Positions 50,149 through 59,895 of a stretch of DNA of 64,000 nucleotides are shown here, one piece after another (the first letter of the stretch is position 1; each line of letters begins with the position of its first letter). Both the position numbers and the translations under genes were made by a program. Location: contig AP026164.1 of the NCBI GenBank assembly GCA_030295235.1, forward strand, positions 868,001-932,000, given 5' to 3'. This stretch comes from Fistulifera solaris (lineage: Eukaryota). Under the pieces are notes generated by a model. It did no database searches. It was not told the origin of the DNA and saw only the letters and a program-made list of their open reading frames with translations.

Positions 50149-51509
50149 ATGAAGCTCGTTCGTGAGTTCTTTCTGCTCAACGGGTTACTTCGATCGACGC
50201 TGGCGTTTGTACCCACCCCATCATGGTCTCATACTAGACGGCATTCTGTACTCTTATCTGAATCATTACAACCACTTGCCACGGAGGGAGACTGGACCGC
50301 CTTTTTAGACGAAGAGGGGACAGGTCTCGTTTATTACTTCAACAGCAAGACCGGTGATAGTTTATGGGAACCGCCGACAGATACATTTCCCACCGTTGTA
50401 TTAAAAGGAAGTATGCGGAGAAGGGCGAAAAATAAACAAGAAGAATACATAAAAGCCATTGCGCAACAAGAAGTACTGGAACCGAAAAAGGATTGTTCTC
50501 ATCTCTCCTCGAGGGAGATGAAGAAGTCGAACCGCCAACAGAAGAGCAATCAGAGAAGAAAAAAGAAGAGCCGGATTGGTTTAGCTTCATTTTTGAAGAG
50601 CGCCTCGCGAAACAAGCCATTGATGCGGAGATTGAACGAAAGTCGGGTGGATTTTTCAACAATATATTTGGATTGCGAACTACGGAAACAACGGAAAGTG
50701 CGCCTGTAGAAGTAACGAACAACAACCAAGCATCGACCGCTGTTATCGAGGAACCATTACCCAAGCAAACATCACTAGAAGTAAAGATGTCTGCCTTTAT
50801 CAAACCTCACCCCATGAAAATGTCATGGGGAGGTGAAGACGCTGTTTTCACTCAAGGTCGAACATTCGGGGTCTTTGATGGCGTTAGCGGTGCTGAAAAG
50901 AAAGACGGAATACCGCTGTACTCCAAAACAATGGCCGAGATAATGAAGGGGCGAGTTGGGGACACTGGAATTAGTGTGAATGATATCACGAAGCTAATGA
51001 CCGATGCTGCTAAAACTGCCGATCAGACATCCACCGGTGCGACAACGGCAATTGTAGGATCGATCGGCGAAGACGGCTTTCTCAGAGTTCTAAACGTTGG
51101 AGATTCTACATGTATTATTATAAGAGACGGTAAAGTCGTCGGGAAGTCCAAAGAAATAAGTCATTACTTTGAATGTCCATACCAGTTGTCCGCCGACTCG
51201 CCAGACCGACCGAAAGACGGAACCAAGTTCAATTTTGAATTGCTTCCCGGGGATATGATTCTAACAGCTTCCGACGGAGTATTCGACAACTTAGATCCCG
51301 AAAGTGTTGCAAATCTGGTCACGACGGGTCCGAAGACGCTTTCTAGCATAGCAAAGCGTGTCGTCGAGAAGTCTAGGAAAGTTTCACTCGACTCCAAGGC
51401 AGCTACTCCCTATTCCAAACTTGCGCAGAAATACGGCGATCCTGATTTTAAGAATGGACTCGGAGGCAAAGTAGACGACATTAGTTGTGTCGTAGTGAGC
51501 TACGGTTAG
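50149..51509 (+). CDS. Putative plastid-targeted WW domain + PP2C phosphatase (PTC7/PBCP type)
   Basis: Presequence MKLVREFFLLNGLLRSTLA-FVP. One WW domain. PP2C motifs GGEDA, GVFDGVSG, NVGDS, SHYFECPYQL, ASDGVFDNL and GGKVDDI. A-run frameshift near 50488. Confidence 0.88.
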
Positions 51510-51687
51510 TGTTCTGCCCGGACACACATTCTTCTCAGTAGTCTCTCATCGATTTCATTATTGCTACAAAGACACCTCGACGTGAGGCGTTGATTATTAA
51601 CTAATACTATTTTTTATCTAAATTACTCCTATATCTATATCGAAATATCAATAAAGTGAGTTGGTGAATAAGTGAGACACATCTTTA

Positions 51688-52936
51688 TCAGTCTTCTTCC
51701 ATGGGAACTTTATCACCTTCCCAAGTCTTCCATTCCATTCCTTTCGGTGCTGTTCGCTCTTTTCATAGTCTTTCTTGGAGACTTCGTCCCAGTTTGTCGA
51801 CAACACAGTTCCACCGGATGTCTGGTACGATTTTATCATTCTATACAATCAGTAATAAGAAAGTGAGTCATCTTTTGTGCGACATTTGTGCGTGCCCCTC
51901 CTGGATACTTACGCGCGTCGTGTATCTTCGTCGGCATTGGCGTAAATCTGTTGAAACAGTTTATTCATAGCATCATCCCCTTGTGGTGTTTTCTTTTTTC
52001 TTCTTCAGCTTGAATGGACTTCTCAATCGTTCCCCAGTCTTTTGGACTAGCGTAGGGCCGAACTTTGGGCTGGGTGGCTGACTTTGTAGTAGATGCTGTT
52101 CCCTTCTTCGATTCATTGCCCATGAGTTCCTTCCATTCGTATTCGTTTACTTTTCGTAGTTTCAGCAGTACCTTCTCTGGTTTGTATTGAATTTTGGATT
52201 CGGAAGGGTCGATTTCGTCATACAGTGGTCCTGCTATCAACTGAAACTCTTTTCCAGCCTTGACGATAGTAACATAGAGTCGTTGTCGTTCAAAATCGAC
52301 TTTTACGTGTTCTGAATTGAGGTTGGGCTCTAAAATGGAAATCGTCATGAATTTGTCGCTTTGATAATATTGGTAACGGGGAGCTGCCACGATAGCCGCT
52401 TTGGTAGCAGATCTAAGGCTCACAGGGGCCGATGTCGGGGCAGTTTGTGCTTTCAAGGGTTCGTCTGTGGTTGCAGGAGATGGTGCAATAGCTGGGGGAT
52501 TTAGCTTGGTGTCACATTTTTGGATCCAATCACGATATGATTTGCCGTCACGTTGATTCAAAGACGCCAATTGCGCTGCTGACTCAAAGGCTTGCTTTGC
52601 GTCCGCAAACTTATTGGCTTGAAAGGCCGCTAGACCCTGCCGCTTCCAGGCCACTTCACTTTCTCCGGGTCTCAATCCTGCGACAGATGAGGAAAGCAGT
52701 TGAGTCGCTTCATGCGCGTCTTCCTGGGCCGACTCATAATTTCCCAACTGATAAAAGCAATTTGATCGATGAGACAGAATGCGGAATTTTACAGCGGTGT
52801 TGGTGTGCCAGATGGTCAAGGCCGCCGTGTAAACCGTGAGCGCTTCGTCCCAGTTTTCATCCACGGCGTAAGAATCGGCCATGGCGAGGCATTCCTCCGC
52901 GGTCATGTCAGTCAACGGAAGTTCCGCTTCGCTCAT
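51688..52936 (-). CDS. SGT1: SGT1 co-chaperone (TPR-CS-SGS)
   Basis: TPR N-terminus, CS domain (RYQYYQS...KVLLKLRK) and SGS motif TRRAMIKSYQTSGGTVLSTNWDEV. Intron 51912-51841; homopolymer frameshifts near 51995 and 51760. Confidence 0.92.
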
Positions 52937-53381
52937 GTTCCCTAGCGTTAGATTATGCAAAGGTTTTTCAGAGAAGAGGAGTTGAATGCAACAAAGGACA
53001 TTTATTTTATGCTTCACCTTCACAGGGAGGGGGGGGAATTAAAAAATCGTCGTGTCCGTGTTGCACAAACTATTAAAGGAATAGTACCAGGTACCAGTCC
53101 CGGTACCGGTACCAGTTAACATGGCCTAAACCCTAAACCTAAACTGTTCGTTCCTACCGATGCGTGCTGCACACTTTTCGCACTTTTTTGCATCGTTTTT
53201 CGTGTGCCATGCGTTTACCAGGTACTGGTAGCGTTTGCCGTCATTTTTTCATCACGATGCTGTCGTCCGACGACGAAACAATACACATACAAACGAGATA
53301 AACCACCTATCCATCATTATTTCTTATCATCACTGTGCGTTCTTTTTTTTCTTAGAAAGAGAAAATACCGAAACCGCACTC

Positions 53382-53958
53382 ATGGGCGCGTTGTGCAGCA
53401 CAGGATTCGGTTCGTCGAGGAGCGTGCGCGTCGACTGCCCTCTCGAATTTGTATGGGAGACCATAGCCGATCTCCAACATTACCCCGATTTCCTTTCTCA
53501 TGTCAGCTCGGTGCATTGCCTGAATAAGGAAAAGACGAAAATACTAAAGCGCGGCACGCGCTGGAGAGAAAACGCGCATCTTTCAAGGGGAACCTTTCGT
53601 CTTACTCAACACTGTCACATCTATGGAAGATCACGGAAAGGACTCGAGATTAGTTCGTATTCATTCAGGTTTTACCGAATCATATCCGCGGACCAAGGAT
53701 TTAGAGCAAACGGTTCATACGAGTACACTGATCGTTACACGGACAGGACCGGAACAGTGTGAAGTGCGCCGGTCCTACGCCGTCGTATACGGAACATGGA
53801 TCGGGCGATTGGTAGTCGGATGCTGTCGATGGTATCTACCAAAAGTGGTAGAAACATCGTTTGAGGAGGAATTGAAAGAATTTGCAAAGGAAGCCGTGTC
53901 GAGGTATCAACGTTCGCTAGGCAACAAAGAGGATTTTGCTTGTACAAATGAACATTAA
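53382..53958 (+). CDS. SRPBCC/START-like (polyketide cyclase-type) domain protein
   Basis: SVRVDCPLEFVWETIADLQHYPDFLSHV is a typical SRPBCC start, with a C-terminal helix (FEEELKEF). Frameshift between ~53570 and 53620. N-terminus MGALCS. Confidence 0.7.
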
Positions 53959-54264
53959 ATTACCGACGATTACTCCGACGCTGGGATTATCTATCATACA
54001 CAATCAGTTTTGTGATACAAACAGGATTTATATCAAGCAGCACTCGCTTAAAATCTGTTCAACAACTTGCGGCATTCTTCTTTACGCCGCGGTCATTTGG
54101 AGCAAGTTCCGCCGCACCACTAGTTTAAAATGGAGTGGGATTTGCATGAAGCAATAGCTCTTGCTTGCCAATAAGTTTAGCAAATCACGTATCTAATCTA
54201 GACGTCGCAAAGCCTTTCGTGTTGTTATCTTCCGTATGACTATAAACACAAAGTAGTCTCAGCA

Positions 54265-54695
54265 TCACCACGACTGGATTTCAGTCATGAATCAATATCT
54301 TTCGAGGAGTAGTCATACACAAAAACACACATAATATTATTCCTAATTTTTTAATCGTCAGAATCTAATCTTGACATTCGACTGAATTTTCCATTTTTCA
54401 TTCACATATATTTCAGTCCGACACTTCTCTGAGTAAGCTTTGGTTCTCACTCTCTAGCCTTAGTGCGCTAGTAGAGGGCCAGTCCCGAGCCCGTTTCCCA
54501 ATGAGGGGGATTCCGTTTTGGCATTCCTTCTCTTGGATTTCGCAGAAGCATACTAACTGACCTGACCAGGGAAAGACTCATGCGCGCCCGGATGAAGCCA
54601 CAGATCTCGGAGTATGGCCTGTTCCACTTCCGCTGAAGTTTTCTTGCAAGCTGTCTCGATGCTGAAATAGCCTGTTGTCCCATCATTCCGTCACC
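54265..54695 (-). mobile_element. 5'-truncated non-LTR retrotransposon relic (CRE-like RLE clade): C-terminal ORF fragment plus putative 3' UTR
   Basis: DGMMGQQAISASRQLARKLQRKWNRPYSEICGFIRARMSLSLVRSVSMLLR resembles the C-terminal restriction-like-endonuclease region of CRE-type elements. No RT upstream. The 3' boundary is inferred from a repeated stem-loop. Confidence 0.65.
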
Positions 54696-55147
54696 TTTGG
54701 TATCTCACAGTCTGTCTTCTGTCTTCACTTGTCAGTTTTGAGTTTTGAAAGCAAGTAAGGAGTTCTCTAAGAGTTCAGGTTTTATGATTGTGAAGAGTTT
54801 TTTCTCGTTTTCGAGTCTCTCGTCCGTACTCGTCCAAGAACTTCCCCTATGACAGTTCGTCAGTACTTTATAGTAGAGTATTTTCAGTCGGATGAATTCT
54901 AATTATCTGTTACAGGTATTGAACGGTTAAAATATCTCTATTTAGGGCCTGGGCCCTGGGCCCTGGATTTCGACCTGTCGCGTTCCGATTTGTTACTCCG
55001 GACTCCGGAGTAGTGCGTTTTGCCTTCCGAGTATATTGAGTTCACAAATATCACAAATAAAGCTTGCTAAGGCGCGAAACCTCTCTCGAAACGTTGTTGC
55101 CTTTAGGTTAAACGTGCCGCGAACTCAGAGTATCGGCGCACCTTAAC

Positions 55148-55990
55148 ATGCCGCCGCTGACGGCACTTCTTTTCGGTGGCTGGAAGCGCCGCGTTTGCAC
55201 TCCGAAACTCCCCACGGTCTTTTGTATTTCGCCAACGGCACGACGATATGCGAAAGCCGCCGTTCAGTATACGTTATTGTGTTTCGTTGCCATCATTTTG
55301 GTTTTGTGGCTGGGAGCTGAATACGAAGCTTTTCATATTCGTCGAGCGGAGTCGACACTGAAGTTTTATCAAACAGACTCTGTTTGTGGAATCATTCAAT
55401 TACAAAATGAAAGTCAAACTCCCCTTCTGATTGAAACCTTTGAAAACATGACGGTTGCAAAAGCGTACCCCGAACCAGTCACCGTAGCACATTGCGGCGA
55501 CTGTGGAAAATGCTCCAATCCACACGACGTGAACATTTACGACGACACCAAAAATACTTTATTTGAAACGACACTGGACTGCGGAAAGCGAGCTTTCATA
55601 TGGGGGCGACGAACTGCGGATAAGTGTATGCTGGAAAATGTTGGATTTACTGAACCCTGCAACGAATGCTGGGTCGAGAATATAGTCTGCGACTTACGAT
55701 ACTGCATTTTCACATGCATATGGTACGGTCTCTTCAATGAAGCAAACACAGGTCAAGACCAGAGAACTCTCAATCCATGCACTCGCTGCGATGAGTTACG
55801 CTGTGGTCCCGATTTTATAACGTGTGCGGGCGTCAATCGGCGACGAGCTGGAATTTTAAGTGACATCGAACGAGATTTAAAAATGAAGTTTGCCGCGAAG
55901 CGGCACCTAATTGGTGGGACGACTCTGTGCTGCAAGACAAATGGAAAGAGCAAATTCACGGAAGTGATCTTTGATGGAGCAGATGATTGA
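55148..55990 (+). CDS. Single-pass membrane cysteine-rich protein of unknown function
   Basis: One TM segment, then HCGDCGKCSN, GFTEPCNECW, CDLRYCIFTC and CTRCDELRCGPDFITCAGVNRRRAGILSDIER. Likely frameshift near 55880 (true end about 55974). Confidence 0.75.
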   Translation: MPPLTALLFGGWKRRVCTPKLPTVFCISPTARRYAKAAVQYTLLCFVAIILVLWLGAEYEAFHIRRAESTLKFYQTDSVCGIIQLQNESQTPLLIETFENMTVAKAYPEPVTVAHCGDCGKCSNPHDVNIYDDTKNTLFETTLDCGKRAFIWGRRTADKCMLENVGFTEPCNECWVENIVCDLRYCIFTCIWYGLFNEANTGQDQRTLNPCTRCDELRCGPDFITCAGVNRRRAGILSDIERDLKMKFAAKRHLIGGTTLCCKTNGKSKFTEVIFDGADD

Positions 55991-56326
55991 CGCAACATGT
56001 GCCCGACAAATTTCGAGTCTCCGATGATACGACAACCCAAAGAGTTCATACTGAGCGCGCTTTGGTATTTCACTGTTGACAACGTAATATGTGCAATGAC
56101 AAATAGACCCCGTGTATAAACCAGTTACTCTCTTGAAATTCTCTTGCATCGCTTCTTCGTACAATTTGTGCAGTTATTTCGTCACGAATTGTCCGTATGC
56201 CGCCGCTGACGGCTCGCCTAACGCAACGTTTCACAGACCAGTGTTGAAGTAGGTTACATCTGCGTTGTAAATCGTTTGCGTACTAAACTTTATTCATTCT
56301 AAAGCGTAATATGTTTGATTGCTTCG

Positions 56327-57792
56327 TCATGGTTGGGATTGTGCTGAGCAAAAATTAGCTCGACATTTATACGAAGTTTGCGCTAAAATTTCCGCTCGAC
56401 TAAATTTGCCACCCACTTTGGGAGGAGCGGGTACGATGGCTCCACTGGCAACTAATGCTTCCTCCGCATCGAGTAGGGCCTGCAAGTCGGCTTTCAGGGG
56501 TTTGGGAAAGCCCTGGGGGACACCCGATTCCTCGAGGAATCCAAAAGCCCCGCGGTAGTCCTTGGGACCGAATGGAAGATTGTTTTTCAAATGAGCCGGT
56601 ATGATCCGTTGAAAGTCCCAAGTAGCGACTTGATCCGCAAAGTCTAGAACTTCCACCGGACTACGATTCAATAAAAGTGTTTGTAAAATGGGCGCCACGA
56701 GTGGTTTTCCTCCGGGTGCTGTACCCGTAAGACCTTTCCAAGATGCTTCTTCATCTCCCACCCAGTCCCACGGATAGACTCCGGCGAAATCAGCATTAAT
56801 GTCAGGACGACGTTCGTTCAAAGCAGTTCCGACGTCTTTGATGGTAATGGCCGACGGCATGAAAAGAGCCCAAACAAAACGACTCGCTTCCATCCCTTCT
56901 TAAGGGTTTCCGGTGTCTCTGTTACCACGTCCGTGACTGTATCACGCGCATGATAAAGCAACGGCGCAGGATCTGTTTCGTAAATGGCGGGTATTTCGTC
57001 GGTGACTTGGACCGCCGTGTCGGTCACGAGCAATGTACGAGTGGGTTTGTGCAAGATGACCGTTTCTCCAAACGCTCCATCCCGACTAATTATTGGTCCC
57101 AGAACACTAACATCTAAATCTTCTTTCCAGTCTTCGGGTGCTTCTTGAAGGGACCGGGGTACGGTCCGCGTCCGTTGTGCCGGAAATCCCAAATAGGGAT
57201 CCGGCAAATTGATGGGGAACGAATATTGACCCGGTGTCAACCATATGCGTGCCTCTGGAAATTTTTGAGCAAAGACTCCCGCGTATACTTTGTGTTCCAG
57301 GGCTACCGATCCGACGACAATGTCACGAATGGGACCATGTCGTTGTACCAGTTCTTGCACCAATTGTAGACATTCGGGTGTCGCGGCAATAGGATTGTAA
57401 ACGAACAAACCATTCTTTCGTTTAATGATGGTCATTCGTAATGGTACTTGTACATCCAAAATACCAAATTTTTGATCAAAGGTCCAAATTTGGTCGGGTA
57501 CAATGGTTTCGCGAATTGTTTTCTTGGATTTGTACGTGCCGACGGGCAAGATCCCCCAGAGACCATAATCGGTGGGTTGAATTTCTTTGGTACCGGCATA
57601 CGTGAGCGTGAGACCAGCCGCCGCGATAGCTAATTCCATCATGGCTCTTCGACGTGGTGAAGTAATATCATTCTTGTCTTGAGAAGTGGATCGAAGTGCG
57701 GTCGACGGTGACAAATTGGATGGAGAAAAAACCCACGCCGATGCCGCTGTGATGAGTAGCACGGCGAGCCGAACTGACGCGGGTTTGAACAT
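56327..57792 (-). CDS. DUF4336 family protein (MBL-like, cyanobacterial/plastid type), plastid-targeted
   Basis: Presequence ...LITAASA-W. IWTFDQKFGIL, VPLRMT, LEHKVY, HKPTRTLLVTD, PLLYHARD, VAPIL and WDFQRIIPAH. Frameshift near 56865. Confidence 0.82.
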
Positions 57793-58166
57793 GATTGTTG
57801 TAGATTTCTGTCTAGCAACAAATTGACGGTATCAAGTATGAAGATGCTTTGATTGCTGATTGCTGATGAATGATAAATGAAGAGTGAAGAATGGAAATAA
57901 ACATGTAACGCATCGGTGTTCGGTTTTTGTGATCGAGAAAAACGCCGTAATGACGTGTTTGGGCGTCTACAATTTGAGGGACAGTACTTAAACACCCGCG
58001 TTTCACAGTCTGGCTTTTGTCGGTTAAAAATCAAAGTAGATCGAGGATCGAGGGCAGCCGATGAATAAGAACGACGAATAACGACAGTAAAAGAGGTGCC
58101 ATATGTATATGTAGCATAATTCCTTTGTCGTAACTCTACTTTACAATCCATTAAGCACACAAAGCA

Positions 58167-59585
58167 ATGAGTTACTCCGGAGGTCCTTCTTCACGCGGAT
58201 GGAACGATCACAACGGCCCGCCTCGACGCGGTCCTCCTCCTCCTCCGCATCATCGAGGTCCACCGATGATGCGCGGACGCGGTCCTCCGCCCCGACCATC
58301 GCGCGGTCCCCGTCGCAGTCATCACCCCACGCTTATCCCGTTTCGATCGTACGAAGAAGAACGAGACTGGGTCGAAGATCGGAGACGCAAACGCCTCGCG
58401 CGATCGTCGAAATTCGACCAACTCCCGCAAGCCGCGGCGACTTCGTTCATCATTCAAGCCGTCGATACTTCGGCGTCGCAACAAACACGACACGCCCGAC
58501 GATTGTACGTGGGGAACATACCCGTGGGTGTCACGGAAGCCTTTGTGCAAGAATCTTTTACGCAAGCGATTCACACGGCACTCGTGGAACCGTGGAAGCA
58601 CCCCGAGCAGCCCATTATTTTGTCCGTCTACATCAATCGTGAGCGACAATACTGTTTCATCGAATTCACCACAGTCGAAATTACCACAGCATGTATGGCA
58701 CTGGATGGCATGATGTTGCAGGGACAGGCACTCAAAATCAAGCGACCCAACGATTACAACCCTCTCACGGCCCCGAAGGTGCATCCGTCGGCCTTGCCGG
58801 AACTCGACGTCAGTCGACTCGGCATTGTCGCTACGACGGTCATGGATGGACCTAACAAAATATTCATTGGAGGGTTGCACTATCATTTACAAGATGCGCA
58901 AGTTTTGGAGTTACTGCAAGCCTTTGGTAAAGTCAAAGCGTTTCACTTGGTCAAAAATGAAGGCACCGAATTGAGCAAAGGATACTGCTTTGTGGAATAT
59001 GCCGATCCCTCCATTACACCCATAGCTGTGCAGGGTCTCAATGGGATGGATATTGGTGGAGGCAAATGCTTGACGGCGCGGTTGGCGGGAGAGCGATCGG
59101 CGGATCTACCGGGCATGCCCGAAGTCCCGGTCGCCCCTCCGGTCGACGAAATACCGCTCGATCGTACCATTGTCACAGGTTACGACGTGGAAGCACTCGT
59201 GGACGCGGCCATGGGATTACGGGAAATGCCATCGGCACCGCAATTTTATGATGCGATGGGACAGCCATTGACTCGGATTGTGGCGACTACGGTTGTCCCT
59301 ATACCCTCTCGAATTTTAATGTTGAAGAATATGGTGACCGATGACGATCTAGCAAGTGAGGAAGCTACGGAGGATTTAAAACAAGAAGTTGGTGAAGAGT
59401 GCAGCAAATTTGGTAATTTACTCGCAATTGAAATCCACCAGAGGCTGATTTATTTGGAATACGAGAATTTGGGAGCGGCGGTCTCAGCGCAGCGTGAGTT
59501 GCAGGGAAGACAATTTGGCGATGCAGCGGTTGAGGCATCCTTTGTAACAGAAGACGAATATATGAAAGTGAAAAGAGCGAATTAA
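58167..59585 (+). CDS. U2AF2: Splicing factor U2AF large subunit
   Basis: RHARRLYVGNIP, LKIKRPNDY, DGPNKIFIGGL, KAFHLVK...SKGYCFVEY and a C-terminal UHM (LKNMVT...EECSKFG...GRQFG). Confidence 0.93.
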   Translation: MSYSGGPSSRGWNDHNGPPRRGPPPPPHHRGPPMMRGRGPPPRPSRGPRRSHHPTLIPFRSYEEERDWVEDRRRKRLARSSKFDQLPQAAATSFIIQAVDTSASQQTRHARRLYVGNIPVGVTEAFVQESFTQAIHTALVEPWKHPEQPIILSVYINRERQYCFIEFTTVEITTACMALDGMMLQGQALKIKRPNDYNPLTAPKVHPSALPELDVSRLGIVATTVMDGPNKIFIGGLHYHLQDAQVLELLQAFGKVKAFHLVKNEGTELSKGYCFVEYADPSITPIAVQGLNGMDIGGGKCLTARLAGERSADLPGMPEVPVAPPVDEIPLDRTIVTGYDVEALVDAAMGLREMPSAPQFYDAMGQPLTRIVATTVVPIPSRILMLKNMVTDDDLASEEATEDLKQEVGEECSKFGNLLAIEIHQRLIYLEYENLGAAVSAQRELQGRQFGDAAVEASFVTEDEYMKVKRAN

Positions 59586-59895
59586 AAAAAGGGGAATGAG
59601 TTGTCTTGACGTAGTTCTCAGCAGTGTTTGACCACTTTGCAAGACGACTTGTGTGGCAGCATTGTGAATGTTATACTTTTACTGGTTCAGAAGCTGGCGT
59701 ACGGTTTTAAAACTGTGAGGTCTCACTTACTTTTATTTTCACTCCTTTTTTCTCTCTTTCGTTCTGTTTTCTTTCTTTTTAACATTCTTGGAAAATATCA
59801 GTCTTCTACGGTAGAGAATGCATTAACGAAGGTGAGGGTTTCGTTTGTCAGTTCTAACAAGTAAGTTATTAGCATTCGCATGGCGTCCGCCATTC

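Noticed and set aside
58191..58886. Long antisense or overlapping ORFs (also 62910-63491, 21792-22355, 17423-17932)
   Set aside because: Shadow frames of well-supported genes, with no recognisable motifs.
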